From positions 2,483,023 to 2,547,022 of the forward strand of contig CAWGWF010000001.1 of the NCBI GenBank assembly GCA_963826225.1: a stretch of DNA of 64,000 bases. Direction: 5' to 3'. Every line of letters begins with the position of its first letter. The first letter of the stretch is position 1. The notes beneath the pieces are model-generated. The model did not search any database. It was not told the origin of the DNA and was given only the letters and a program-made list of their open reading frames with translations. The translations under genes were made by a program, and so were the position numbers. Positions 39,031 through 50,296 of this stretch are shown in pieces. The stretch comes from an uncultured Chloroflexia bacterium (GTDB taxonomy: Bacteria; Chloroflexota; Limnocylindria; Limnocylindrales; CSP1-4).

Positions 39031-39869
39031 GACGCGCCGCCGTGTTGCCGACTCCTGCTCGGTCTGCCTTGGTGCGCATGGCCGTCGAGGTCGGGCAGCA
39101 GCTCCGCGAGGAGCGCATCCGGCGCCGCTGGACGCTCCGGCAGGTGGCGGACCGGGCGGGCGTCGCACTCGGCGTCGTGCACGACGCGGAGTCGGGGAGC
39201 GTCCTCACGCTTGAGTCGTACGCCAGACTGGCCGTCGCGCTCGGGCTGCGGCCCTCGCTCCTCGCGACCCGTCCGGACGCACGCGCCGCCCGGTCCGCCG
39301 GCGGCGAGGACATCGTCCACGCAGCGATGGGCGAGCTCGAGGCACGCGTCCTGGAACGACCCAGCCGCACCATCGCCATCGACGAGCCGTACCAGCACTA
39401 CCAGTTCGCGGGTCGGGCGGACGTGCTGGCATGGGACCGGGAGAACCTGCTCCACATCGAGAACCGGACCCGGTTCCCGAACCTCCAGCAGGCCGCCGGC
39501 GCGTACAACGCCAAGCGCCAGTACCTGGCCCGAAGCATGGCAGAGCGGCTGGATCTCGGGCCGCACGGCTGGCGGAGCGTGACCCACGTGATGGCCTGCG
39601 CCTGGTCCGCTGAGGTCCTGCACGTGCTGCGCCTGCGACGCGCCACGTTCAACGCGCTGTGCCCGGACCCTCCGGACGCGCTCGAGGCGTGGCTCCGCGG
39701 CGAGGCACCGGCCGCGGCTGCCGTCACCAGCACGCTCGTCCTGCTGGACCCGCTGGTGCCGTTCGGATCCCGCCGGCGGACGATCGTGCCGATGATCGAA
39801 CCGCCGCTGGTCCGTCCCCGCCATCGGGGCTACGCCGAGATCGCCGATGCGCTCCAACGGGTCGCATGA
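39028..39869 (+). CDS. XRE-family helix-turn-helix transcriptional regulator with uncharacterised C-terminal domain
   Basis: HTH region QQLREERIRRRWTLRQVADRAGVALGVVHDAESG. ~280 aa. Start ambiguous (GTG 38988, ATG 39028 or ATG 39088). Confidence 0.6.
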
Positions 39870-39991
39870 CCGGTGCGGACCGGGTACCGCGTGCCGCGCC
39901 GCAGCCTTGACTTCCGCGTCACCGGTGGGACCATGCGCTGACCCCAGAGCCGTCGCGTCCGCGGCCGCCGGGAGATCGGAGGGAACGGCCC

Positions 39992-40312
39992 ATGCCGCAT
40001 TACCTGATCCGCGCGTCCTACAGCGTCTCGGGCATCCAGGGGGTCCTGAAGGAAGGTGCCGCGAGCCGCATGAAGGTCGTCGAGTCCCTGGTCGCCAGCG
40101 GTGGCGGCCGCCTCGAGGCCGCCTACTGGGCCTTCGGCGACGATGACTTCATCGCGATCGCCGAGCTGCCGGACAACGCGGCGGCCGCGTCGGTCGCCAG
40201 CACGGTCTCGGCGAGCGGCGCCGTCAGCGCGAAGACCACCGTCCTGCTGACGGCCGACGAGATGGACGAAGCGATCTCGCGCCGCCCCGCCTACCGGGCG
40301 CCGGGCGCCTGA
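39992..40312 (+). CDS. GYD-domain protein
   Basis: 106 aa. MPHYLIRASYSVSGIQGVLKEGAASRMKVVESLVASGGGRLEAAYWAFGDDDFIAIAELPDNAAAAS has the GYD-family layout. GGAGGGAA RBS. Confidence 0.75.
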   Translation: MPHYLIRASYSVSGIQGVLKEGAASRMKVVESLVASGGGRLEAAYWAFGDDDFIAIAELPDNAAAASVASTVSASGAVSAKTTVLLTADEMDEAISRRPAYRAPGA

Positions 40313-40489
40313 CCACGGGACTCCGGCCGGTGGATCCGCCGCGGATCCGCCGGCCGACTCCGTAGCCGCAGCGGCCGCGGGCACCGGCGCCGCGGCCACC
40401 GACCCCGTTGCCGCGCCGCCCGCGGGCACCGGCATCGCGACGCCGGCCGCAACCCACGAAGGGCCGAACGACGGGTCGGAAGACGACCG

Positions 40490-42478
40490 ATGGACCCCTG
40501 CGCGGCCGCTACACTGCCGGGCATGGACCTGCACATCGCCGACATCGCGCCGACGCCGGCCGAGCGGGCCGCGATCGACGCGATCCTGGACCCGGAGATC
40601 GGACCCGTCCGCGGCGGCTGGGACGGTGGCGAGCGTGATGTCGATCGGGACGGCCGCATCGCGCGGGGCGGGCACGAGGCGCGGTCCCGTCGGGACCTGC
40701 TGCTCCCCGCCCTCCACGCAGCCCAGGACCGCGTGGGCTGGATCAGCCCGGGTGCCCTTGCCCACATCTGCCGCCGCCTGACGGTGCCCCCGGCCGAGGC
40801 GTACGGCGTGGCCTCGTTCTACGCGCTCCTGTCCACCGAGCCCCGGCCGCCCGCCGCGGTCCACGTGTGCGACGACATGGCCTGCCGCCTGGCGGGCGCG
40901 GAGCGGGTCTGCGAGGAGCTGGAGCAGGCGCTGGGACCCGCGGGCCATCCCCGGGACGGGTCGCAGATGACCTGGATGCGCAGCCCCTGCATCGGCCAGT
41001 GCGAGCGCGCCCCGGCCGCGATGTACACCATCGCCGGCGACCCGCCGATCCGCGACGCGACCGGCCCGGTTGACGCGAAAGGGATCATCGCCACCCTCGG
41101 CGAGGGCCTCGTGGAGCAGGGCCATCCGCACCCCGGCCACGACGCGGCGCATGCCCTCGCCGGGACGCTGGACACGAAGCCGACGCCGGAGCGCCTGGAG
41201 GGGATCCGCCGGTTCATCCCCCAGGCGGGGGAGCGCGGCCTGCGCCTGCTCGCGCGCGTCGGCCGGATCGACCCCACCAGCCTCACCGACTACCTGGCCA
41301 ACGACGGGTACCGCGCCCTCAAGGAGGCCACGCTCCTGGGCCCGGACCGGGTCATCCAGGAGATGATCACGGCGGAGGTCCTGGGGCGCGGCGGGGCCGC
41401 CTTCCCGGCGGGCCAGAAGTGGGCCGCGGCTCGGGCGTCCACCGGGCGCCCCAAGAGCATCGTGTGCAACGCGGACGAGGCGGAGCCCGGCACGTTCAAG
41501 GACCGGGCGATCCTGGAGGAGGACCCGTTCGCCCTGGTCGAGGCGATGACGATCGCGTCCTTCGCCGTCGGCGCGGAGCTGGGGTTCATGTACCTGCGCG
41601 GCGAGTATCCGCTGGCCGAGGCGCGGATGCAGAACGCGATCGACCGGGCGCGGGAGCACGGCCTGCTGGGCGACAACATCATGGACGCGGGCTTCTCGTT
41701 CGACATCGAGATCCGGCGCGGCGGCGGCGCCTACGTGTGCGGCGAGGGCACCGCGATCTACGAGTCCATCGAGGGCAAGCGCGGGGAGCCGCGCAACAAG
41801 GCCGCCCGGTCCACCACCGCCGGCCTGTTCCAGAAGCCCACGGTCCTCAACAACGTCGAGACCCTCGCCAACGTCCCCGACATCGTCCTCGAAGGTGGCG
41901 AGATCTACGCGGCCCTCGGCACGGACCGGTCCAAGGGCCACAAGCTGTTCAGCGTCTCGGGGCACGTCGTCCGGCCGGGCGTGTACGAGTCGGAGTTCGG
42001 GATCACGCTGCGCGACCTGATCGAGCTCGCCGGCGGCGTCCCCGGCGGCCGGGCCGTCAAGGCGGTCAACGTGGGCGGCGCTGCGGGCTCCTTCGTGGGG
42101 CCGGACCAGATCCACATGCCGCTCACGTTCGAGCACGCCAAGGAGATCGGCGCGTCGCTGGGGGCCGGCGCGATCCTCGTGTTCGACGAGACGACCGACA
42201 TGGTGGACATCCTGCGGCGCATCGCCGAGTTCTTCCGCGACGAGTCCTGCGGGCAGTGCGTCCCCTGCCGGGTGGGAACCGTGCGCCAGGAGGAGCTGCT
42301 GGCGCGCCTGGCCGCCGGCCGGCCACTGGGCACCATCGACGACGAGCTCGCCCTGCTCCGCGACCTCGGCCAGGTCATGCGCGACGCCTCGATCTGCGGC
42401 CTCGGCCAGACCGCCAACGACGCCGTCCGGACGGGCCTGCGGTTCACCGGCCTGGAGCCCGTCGGGGCCGGCCGATGA
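40490..42478 (+). CDS. fused NuoE-like (2Fe-2S thioredoxin-like) and NuoF-like (FMN, NAD(H), 4Fe-4S) flavoprotein; FdsG-FdsB-type NAD-linked formate dehydrogenase diaphorase module
   Basis: 662 aa intact. N-terminal part [10 protein letters not shown]...[14 protein letters not shown]...[11 protein letters not shown] (NuoE Cys ligands). C-terminal part [46 protein letters not shown] (NuoF). Likely start at ATG 40523. Confidence 0.85.
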   Translation: MDPCAAATLPGMDLHIADIAPTPAERAAIDAILDPEIGPVRGGWDGGERDVDRDGRIARGGHEARSRRDLLLPALHAAQDRVGWISPGALAHICRRLTVPPAEAYGVASFYALLSTEPRPPAAVHVCDDMACRLAGAERVCEELEQALGPAGHPRDGSQMTWMRSPCIGQCERAPAAMYTIAGDPPIRDATGPVDAKGIIATLGEGLVEQGHPHPGHDAAHALAGTLDTKPTPERLEGIRRFIPQAGERGLRLLARVGRIDPTSLTDYLANDGYRALKEATLLGPDRVIQEMITAEVLGRGGAAFPAGQKWAAARASTGRPKSIVCNADEAEPGTFKDRAILEEDPFALVEAMTIASFAVGAELGFMYLRGEYPLAEARMQNAIDRAREHGLLGDNIMDAGFSFDIEIRRGGGAYVCGEGTAIYESIEGKRGEPRNKAARSTTAGLFQKPTVLNNVETLANVPDIVLEGGEIYAALGTDRSKGHKLFSVSGHVVRPGVYESEFGITLRDLIELAGGVPGGRAVKAVNVGGAAGSFVGPDQIHMPLTFEHAKEIGASLGAGAILVFDETTDMVDILRRIAEFFRDESCGQCVPCRVGTVRQEELLARLAAGRPLGTIDDELALLRDLGQVMRDASICGLGQTANDAVRTGLRFTGLEPVGAGR

Positions 42479-42642
42479 GCGAGACGCCGCGCACCATGGG
42501 CGAGTCCCACGAGGCACCGGACGGGACGCAGCGGGCGCTGTACACCGGCGTGGACCCGGCCATCTTCACCTCGCCGCCGGCGCGATCGCCCGGTCGTCCC
42601 GGGCCGCGCCGCCGGACCGCGATCGAGCCCCCGTCGAGATGA
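42475..42642 (+). CDS. hypothetical 55-aa protein, translationally coupled on both sides (ATGA overlaps); possible small FDH subunit (FdsD-like)
   Basis: [55 protein letters not shown]. Position between the nuoEF-like and fdhA-N genes. No recognisable motif. Confidence 0.3.
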   Translation: MSETPRTMGESHEAPDGTQRALYTGVDPAIFTSPPARSPGRPGPRRRTAIEPPSR

Positions 42643-43578
42643 CCATCGACGGTCACCCGGTCACCGTGCCCGCCGGCTCGACCATCCTCGAGGCCTGCCG
42701 CGCGCAGGGCATCGACATCCCAACCCTGTGCTACGGCGAAACGCTCACAGCCCGAGGGCGTCTGCCGGCTGTGCGTGGTGGACACGGGCGGTCGCGCGCT
42801 GACGCCGTCCTGCTCGGCCAAGGTCTCGCAGGGCATGGACGTCCACACGGACAGCGAGAAGGTCCGCCTGTCGCGCAAGCTCGTGCTGGAGCTGCTGGGC
42901 TCGTCGGTGGACGTGGACCTGGCCGGGCCCGAGCTGCCGGACGGGTCCATCGCCGGCTACATGGCGCGCTACGGGGCGGATCCCGGCCGCTTCGGGCCGC
43001 CCTCGCCGCCGGCGCCGGCCGGGGACCGCGACGCGCGCCTGTCCGGCCACCACCACGCGCCGGACCCCGCGGTCGCCGAGACGGTCGCGCAGCCGGTCAA
43101 GGTGGACAACGACCTCTACGTCCGCGACTACGCGAAATGCATCCTCTGCTACAAGTGCGTCGAGGCGTGCGGCGTGGACGCCCAGAACACGTTCGCGATC
43201 TCGGTGGCCGGTCGCGGCTTCGACGCCCGCGTGTCCACCGAGTACGACGTGGGCCTCAACGACTCCGCCTGCGTGTACTGCGGCAACTGCATCAACGTGT
43301 GCCCGACCGGCGCGCTGATGTTCCGCTCCGAGTACGAGATGCGGCAGGCGGGCACCTGGGACGAGTCCCGCCAGACCGTGACCGACACGATCTGCCCGTA
43401 CTGCGGCGTGGGCTGCACGCTCTCGCTGCACGTGCAGGACAACCGGATCGTGAAGGTGCTCTCGCCCGCGGACTCCGAGGTCACGGAGGGCAACCTGTGC
43501 GTGAAGGGCCGCTTCGGGTTCGACTTCGTGCAGCTGCTGCCCAAGGGATCGCCCCGGGAGGACGCGCCGGCGGGCTGA
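42639..43578 (+). pseudogene. stand-alone FdhA/NuoG N-terminal Fe-S domain protein (2Fe-2S plus 4Fe-4S clusters), with one apparent +1 frameshift near 42750
   Basis: [37 protein letters not shown] | [14 protein letters not shown]...[14 protein letters not shown]...[16 protein letters not shown]...[10 protein letters not shown]...[11 protein letters not shown]. It ends exactly where the 36800 FDH-like protein begins by homology. Confidence 0.7.
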
Positions 43579-43602
43579 TCGGCAGGTCGCCGGGCGGGCC
43601 GG

Positions 43603-46600
43603 TTACACGCCCACGTCGCGCAGGTCGCAGCGCAGACAGCGGCTCGCCTCCTCGATCGTTCCTCCCGCGAATAGCCGGCGTCGTCCTGGGCGCCGGTGTC
43701 GTCCCGAGCGCCGCCGCCGCCCCGGGCGCCGCCGCGCCGCTCGGGACGGAAGCGAGGGCCGGTCTCCACCCGCAGCGGGGCGAGCTCGCTCAGGTTCTCG
43801 GCCGGGGCAAGATGCTCCTCGATGTCGCCGCTGCCGCCCAGGTACCGGTCGATGGCCTGGGCCGCGGCGCGGCCGCGAGCGATCGCCTCCACCGACGAGG
43901 CGGGACCGATCCTCGGGCCGACGACGACGAACACGCCGTCGGCCGGTGTCGGCAGGCCGTCCGGGCTCCCGTTGGGACCATCCGGGATGTCGTCCGGGTA
44001 GCCCGCGCGGGCGTCCGCCGAGATGAGGATCGCGTCGTGACCCTGCTCCCGGAGCGCCTCGATGGGGAAGCTCGGCGAGTCGGTCCGGATCGTGACCCCG
44101 GCCGCCTCGATGATCGCGAGGTCGCGCTGCAGGGCACGGACGATCGGGCTCGTCTTGCGCAGCTGCGGCTCCCCGGACCCGCCCGCGGGCATCGCGTAGC
44201 GGAGCATGCCCCCGGGCTCGGACAGCGTCTCCAGCACCGTGACGTCGTGGCGACCACGCCTGGCCAGGTAGTAGGCGGCAGTCAGGCCGTCGGGGCCCGA
44301 GCCGATCACCGCGACGGACCTGCCCGACCGCGGACCCCCGGCCGCCGGCACGCGGGCCTCGGCCCGGCCGCCGTACCGGATGGCGGCGTCCTTGAGCGCC
44401 CGGACGGCGACATTCTCGTCGAGATCCCCGCGCCGGCATGACTTCTCGCAGGGGTGGAAGCAGGCAACGCCGCAAACCGACGGCAGCGGCAGCTTCTCGC
44501 GCACGACGAGGTATGCGGCCTCGAAGTCGCCCTGGCCCACGAGCCGGATGTACCGATGGGCCTCCACCCCGGCGGGGCACAGGTGCGCGCACGGAGCGAC
44601 GACGAGCCCCGGGCACATGCCGGCCCGACAGTGCCCGCGCTCGATGTGCTCGACGTACTCGTCGCGGAAGTAGCGGAGCGTGGTGATCACCGGGTTGGGC
44701 GCCGTCTGACCCAGACCGCACAGCGACGTCGAGCCGACCGTCCGGGCCAGCTGCTCGAGGACCGGCAGGTCCTCCAGCCTGCCATCGCCCGCACAGATCC
44801 GCTCCAGGATCTCGAGCATCCGGCCGGTCCCCTCCCGGCAGGGGGTGCACTGGCCACACGACTCGTCCCGCGTGAAGGCCAGGAAGTAGCGGGCGATGTC
44901 CACCATGCAGGTGCTCTCGTCCATGATCACGAGGCCGCCCGAGCCCATGATCGATCCGGCCTCGCGCAGGCTCTCGTAGTCGATCGGGAGGTCGGCGAGG
45001 CTGGCTGGCAGGCACCCGCCGGACGGACCGCCGGTCTGGGCCGCCTTGAACCTGCCGCCCCCGGGGATGCCGCCGCCGACGTCGCGGACGACCTCGCCCA
45101 GCGTGATCCCCATCGGGACCTCGATGAGCCCGGGCCGGTTGACCTTGCCCGTGAGCGCGAACGTCTTGGTGCCCTTGCTGGTGGCCGTGCCGAACCTCGC
45201 GTACCACGCGGCGCCCTGGCGGAGGATGCTGGCGACGTTGGCCAGCGTCTCCACGTTGTTGATGTTCGACGGCCGGCCGAACAGCCCCCGGACGGCCGGG
45301 TACGGGGGCCGGGGCCGGGGCTGCCCACGACGCCCCTCGAGGCTGGCGATGAGCGCCGTCTCCTCGCCGCACACGAAGGCGCCGGCTCCCTGCCGGATGT
45401 CGATGTCGAAGGCGAAGCCGCTGCCAAGGATGTCGGGGCCCAGCAGGCCGAGCTCGCGAGCCTGGCCGATGGCGGTCTCGAGCCGGGCGATGGCGAGCGG
45501 GTACTCGGCGCGAACGTAGACGTAGCCCCGCTCCGCGCCGATCGCGAAGCCGGCGATCGTCATGCCCTCGAGGACCGCGTGCGGGTCACCCTCCAGCACG
45601 GAGCGGTCCATGAACGCGCCCGGGTCACCCTCGTCGGCATTGCAGATGAGGGACTTGGGCGATCCGGGCGCCGCGCGGCACAGCTCCCACTTGGCGCCGG
45701 TGGGGAAGCCACCGCCGCCGCGACCTCGGAGGCCGGACGCCTTGACCTCCTCGACCACGTCTGCGGGGTGCATCGCGAGGGCGCGCCGGAGGCCCGCGTA
45801 GCCATCTCGGGCCAGGTAGTGGTCGAGGCTCGTCGGGTCGATCAGGCCGCAGTTGCGGAGCGCGATCCGGACCTGGCCGCGCATCACCGGGAGGTCCTCG
45901 AGGCGCGGGATGCCCGCGATGGTGCCGTCGCCGGCGGTGCCCAGCGCGCGGTCGGCCGGTGGCTCGCCGCGGACCACGTGGGCGGCCAGGATCCCGGCCA
46001 CGTGGTCCGGCGCGACCGGGCCGTAGACGACCCGGGGCAGGCCCGGCACCTCCACGTCCAGCAGCGGCTCCGCGTAGCACAGCCCGAAGCAGCCGACGGG
46101 CACGATGGCGGCGTCCACGCCCAACCGGGCCAGCTCCGTCCGGACCGTCGGGACCAGGTCACCGGCGCCGGCGGCCAGGCCGCAGGTGGCCGTGCCGATC
46201 GAGATGACCGGTCGCTCGCCGCCGTGGAGGCGGTGCCAGCCCTCCCGCGCCTGCGCGGTTCGCCGGACCAGGTCGTGGAGGCCCGCGGCGCGGGGCGCGG
46301 CGCCGGCCAGATCCGGGACGGCAGCCGCCGCGACGTCCTGCGTCGCCAGCCCGAGGCCGCCGGCGATCCCGGATGCGTCCAGGCCGTCCACCAGGGCTCG
46401 CGCGGAGGCCGGCGTCTGGCGCCCCCGGGCGCGCCCGTTCGCGACGATCACCGGCGCCAGGGCGCAGGAGCCGAAGCAGGCCGCCGTCTCCAGCGTGCAC
46501 CCGCGGTCCGGCGTCGTTCCCCCGGCGGTCACCCCGAGATGCGTCTCGAGCGCCCGGAGCAGCCCCGCGCTGCCGCGCACGTGGCAGGCGGTCCCGCGGC

Positions 46601-46922
46601 AGACGGTGACGGTGTTGGCACCCCGCGGCTCCAGGTGGAACCCGGCGTAGAAGCTGGCCACCCCGAACACCCGGGCGGGCGACACTCGCAGGTGCGCCGC
46701 TGCGGCCTCGATCGCCGGCGCCGGCAGGTAGCCGGCCGTGCCCTGGATGAACTGGAGCACGGGGATCACGAAGCCCGGTTCGGCGGGGAAGCGCCGCGCG
46801 AGCTCAGCCGGCCAGTCGATCGCTGGCGCGCCGGCGCCCGGTGCGGACGCATCCACCCCGGGCGCGGACGCATCGACCACCGGCGCCCGTCCTTCGACCA
46901 CCGGCGGCGGATCCGCGATCAC
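43603..46922 (-). pseudogene. giant fusion flavoprotein: NuoE-like, thioredoxin-like [2Fe-2S], NuoF-like, 2x[4Fe-4S] ferredoxin, GltD-like NAD(P)H/FAD oxidoreductase; apparent frameshift about 25 codons before the stop (~43668-43685)
   Basis: ~1106 codons from GTG 46922 (GTGA overlap with the fdhA stop). NuoE block VASFYAGFHL...CRGTAC. NuoF blocks SLICNADEGDPGAFMDR, GAGAFVCGEETA, ESCGQCTPCREGT. GltD-like blocks [32 protein letters not shown]. Canonical GltD C-terminus [17 protein letters not shown] is in a different frame ending at TAA 43603. Confidence 0.7.
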
Positions 46923-49684
46923 GGCGCCACCTTCTCCACCCGGATCGCGCAGTGCTTGAGCTCCGCGGTCTGCGTGACCGGGTCCCCCGCCTCGATCGTG
47001 AGCACGTTCGCGTTCGCCTCCGCGAAGTGGAACGCCATCCAGCACACTCCGGGCGGCGACCGGTGGGTGACCCACGCCCGGACGTCCACCGAGCCGCGCC
47101 GGGACGTCACCCGCACCACCTCGCCGTCCGAGATCCCCAGCCGGGCCGCGTCGTCCGGGCTGAGCTCGATCAGCTCCTCCCCGCACACGGCCTCGAACCC
47201 CCCGGACCGCCGGGTCTGGGTGGCCGTCTGGTAGTGCCAAAGCCGCCGTCCCGTGCTGAGCACCAGCGGATAGTCGGCGTCCGGCGGCTCGGCCGGGGGA
47301 ACCCACTCGGCGGGAACGAACCGCCCCCTGCCGCGGGTGAACGCCCCGCCGGCGTGGAGGTACGGTGTGCCCGGGTGGTCCAGGGTGGGCGCCGGCCACT
47401 GGATGCCGACCTGCTCGCACCGCTCCCAGGTGATGCCGCCGTAGATCGGGCTGAGCGAGCGCAGCTCCTCCCAGATGTCCGCGGGCCCGGTGAACCCCAT
47501 CTCGTACCCCAGCCGCCGGGCCAGCTCCGCGAATATCCACCAGTCGGGGCGAGCATCTTCCGGCGGCTCCACGGCGCGACGGACCCGCTGAACCCGGCGC
47601 TCGGTGTTCGTGAAGGTCCCGTCCACCTCCGGCCAGGACGCCGCCGGGAACACGATGTCGGCAAGGGCGGTCGTCTCGGTCGGGAAGCAGTCATTGACGA
47701 TGACGAGCTCGGCCGCCCGGAGACAGGCGGCGACGTGCGCCGTGTTGGGCTCGCTCATCGCGATGTTCTCGCCGAACACGTACAGCGCCCGCAGGCTTCC
47801 GTCCTCCAGCCCCTCGAGCATGGACGGGATCGTGCGGCCGGGCCGGGTCGGCAGGCCGGGGCGGCCCCACGCCTGCTCGAACCGGGCCGCGACCATCGGG
47901 TCGTCCACCCGCTGGTAGCCGGGGTAGACGGCGGGCAGCGCACCCATGTCGCAGGCGCCCTGGACGTTGTTCTGGCCGCGCAGCGGGTTGAGCCCGGCCG
48001 ACGGCTTGCCGATGTTTCCCAGCAGCAGCTGGAGATTCGCGAGGGCCGTGACGTTGGCCGTGCCGGAGATGTGCTCGGTGATGCCCAAGGTGTAGTAGAC
48101 GCCGGCGGATTCGGCCTCGCCCAGCACCCGGGCGACGCGCCGGATGGTCTCCGCGTCCACGCCCGTGACCGCCGCCGCCCGCTCCACGGGCCAGTCGTCG
48201 ATCGTCGGCCGGAAGGCCTCGAAGCCCTCCGTGTGCTGCTCGACGAACGCCCGGTCCTCCCAGCCGCGATCCAGAATCTCATGCATCAGCCCGTTGAGGA
48301 GCGCGATGTCCGTCCCCACCCGGTGCTGGACGTGGATGTCCGCCCAGCGACACAGGTCGATCGTCCGGGGGTCGCACACGATGAGCGTCGCGCCCCGCTT
48401 GCGGGCCCGCTTCATGTACGACGCGATGACCGGGTGGGCCTCGGTCGTGTTGGAGCCGATGACCAGCAGCACGCGCGCCTGCTCGATCTCCCCGATCGAG
48501 TTCGTCATGGCCCCGGATCCGAAGCTGGTCGCCAGACCGGCGACAGTCGGAGCGTGTCACGTTCTCGCGCAGTGATCGAGGTTGTTGGTCCCGATCACCG
48601 CGCGTGCGAACTTCATCGCCGCGTAGTTGTGCTCGTTGGTGGACCGCGCACAGGCGATCAGCCCGATGGCGTCCGCGCCGTGCCTGTCCCGGATCCCGCG
48701 CAGGCGGTCCGCGGCCGTGTCCAGGGCCTCGTTCCAGGTCACGGGCTCCAGTGGCGCCTCCTTCGTCCGCCGCAGGAGTGGCGTGGTCAAGCGGTCGGCG
48801 CTGGACGTGAAGTCGTACGCGAAGCGGCCCTTGACGCACAGCATCCCGTCGTTGGGCGGCACGCCCTCCACGCCCGTGACCCGGACGACGCGGTTCGCGG
48901 CCCGGTCCACGTGGAGCTCCACCTGGCAGCCGGTGCCGCAGTAGGGGCAGGTTGTGCGCACCTTCTCGAGGGTCCACGCGCGGCCCTTGCCGATCGACTT
49001 CTTCTCGACCAGGGCCCCCGTCGGGCACAGCTGGACGCACTCCCCGCAGGACAGGCAGGAGGACGCGCCCATCGGCAGGTCCGCGTCGCAGATGACCCGT
49101 GTCTCGCCGCCGCGGTAGCCCATGTCAAGGACCTCGTTCACCACGAGGTCGTTGCACCCGCGGATGCATCGGAAGCAGCGGATGCATGCATCCGGGTCCC
49201 GGACGATGAACTGGCTGGACCGGTCAACCGGGTGGCGGCGGGCCGGCGGCGCGAACGAGGGGCGGCGGACGCCCAGGCGATAGGCGGCCTCGGCCAGCTC
49301 GCACCGGCCGGCGGCCTCGCAGGACAGGCAATCGTGGGTGCCGGCGGCGAGGAGCAGCTCCACATTGGTCCGGCGCGCCTCCAGGACCCGCTCCGAGGCG
49401 CCGGTCACGACCATGCCGTCGCGCGCCAGGAGCGTACAGGCCGTCTGCAGCGTGCCGCTCCCCTCGACCTGCACCACGCACGTCCGGCACAGCCCCGCCT
49501 GCCCCACCCGCGGGTGGTGGCACAGGCTGGGGACGTAGATGCCGTTCGCCTTCGCGGCCTCGAGGACCGTCTGCCCGGAGCGGGCCGACACCGGACGCCC
49601 GTCGATGACGAGACGCAGAGCCCCGGCGTCGCGGCCATCCCCGGGCCGGGCGGCGGGCCGTTGGGGCGCGGTTGCGACGTTCAT
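46919..49684 (-). CDS. fdhA: formate dehydrogenase alpha subunit, full length (2Fe-2S, 4Fe-4S domains plus molybdopterin domain), selenoprotein with TGA at 48557..48559 read as Sec
   Basis: ORFs 48557..49684 and 46919..48508 are contiguous in frame across one TGA. Context [35 protein letters not shown]. N-terminal CxxCxxC clusters (CHHPRVGQAGLCRTC, CLSCEAAGRCE, CIRCFRCIRGC, CLSCGECVQLCPTGAL, CPYCGTGCQ). Start ATG 49684 (MNVATAP...). Confidence 0.85.
48524..48556 (-). other. SECIS-like hairpin 3' of the Sec UGA of fdhA
   Basis: Minus-strand read UGA-CACGCUCCGACU-GUCGCC-GGUCU-GGCGAC. Identical stem-loop to the one at 37076..37092. Confidence 0.55.
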
Positions 49685-49956
49685 CGGCCACCACCAGTCG
49701 ATCCACCCGCCGTGGGTCGCGTGGCTGGTTGGGCCGCCACCCGGTGGGCGTCGAGCCCCCGAACGATGGCCGGTTCCCCTCGGGTCCGCCAAGAGCCGAA
49801 CGCCGCGAAATCGGCCGCCGCACGGACCGCCGCGACCCGGCCCGGTTGGCCGGACGCCGGTCCCACGCCTCGGGCCGCCTCGCGGGCAGGGTCCCCGCGG
49901 CGCAACCCGCTCCCCGCAGCGCGACCCGCTCCCCGTCAGCGCCGACACGCTCCTGC

Positions 49957-50296
49957 CATTCTGGCCAGATCCCGATGGGGCGCGTGCTACCTGGGCCCCG
50001 GCGGATGATCTGTGCCACGCACCGATGGGTCGCGTGCTACGCGCCGTGATCGACTCCGGTCCCGGCCACCAACCGGTGACACGCGTGCAAGGCCAACTCG
50101 ATGTGGCCTACGACGCACCCCATCGTTGCAGGGCCAAGTCCTCGATCCGCACGATTGGTCCTTCGTGCGTGGCGGACCCGCCCCAATCGCCGCCGGGCCA
50201 CTCCCGGGTGGCCAAGTCGCCCGGTACGACGCACCCCATCGGTATCTGGCCAGATTGCGGCACGCGGGCGCGACGCGGCACGCGGGCGCGACGGGA
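49957..50296. repeat. nested inverted-repeat array in the 847-bp divergent intergenic region (four copies of a ~25-39 bp motif arranged forward, forward, reverse, reverse, plus an 18-bp tandem duplication 50257..50292)
   Basis: CATTCTGGCCAGATCCCGATGGGGCGCGTGCTACC (49957-49992) matches the reverse complement of CCCGGTACGACGCACCCCATCGGTATCTGGCCAGATTG (50212-50252) at ~34/39 positions. Inner partial copies at 50019-50044 (direct) and 50103-50135 (inverted). GCGGCACGCGGGCGCGAC x2 tandem. Confidence 0.6.

Noticed and set aside
43149-43602. 3' continuation of the 1463-aa minus ORF past 43603
   Set aside because: Antisense to the fdhA-N Fe-S gene. The genuine GltD-type C-terminus and TAA stop are at 43603 in another frame.
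49957-50252. calling the IR-flanked 296-bp segment a mobile element (MITE)
   Set aside because: No target-site duplication or second copy visible in this window. The internal nested copies and the position between a regulator and its likely target favour an operator array. Left as an open alternative in the findings.
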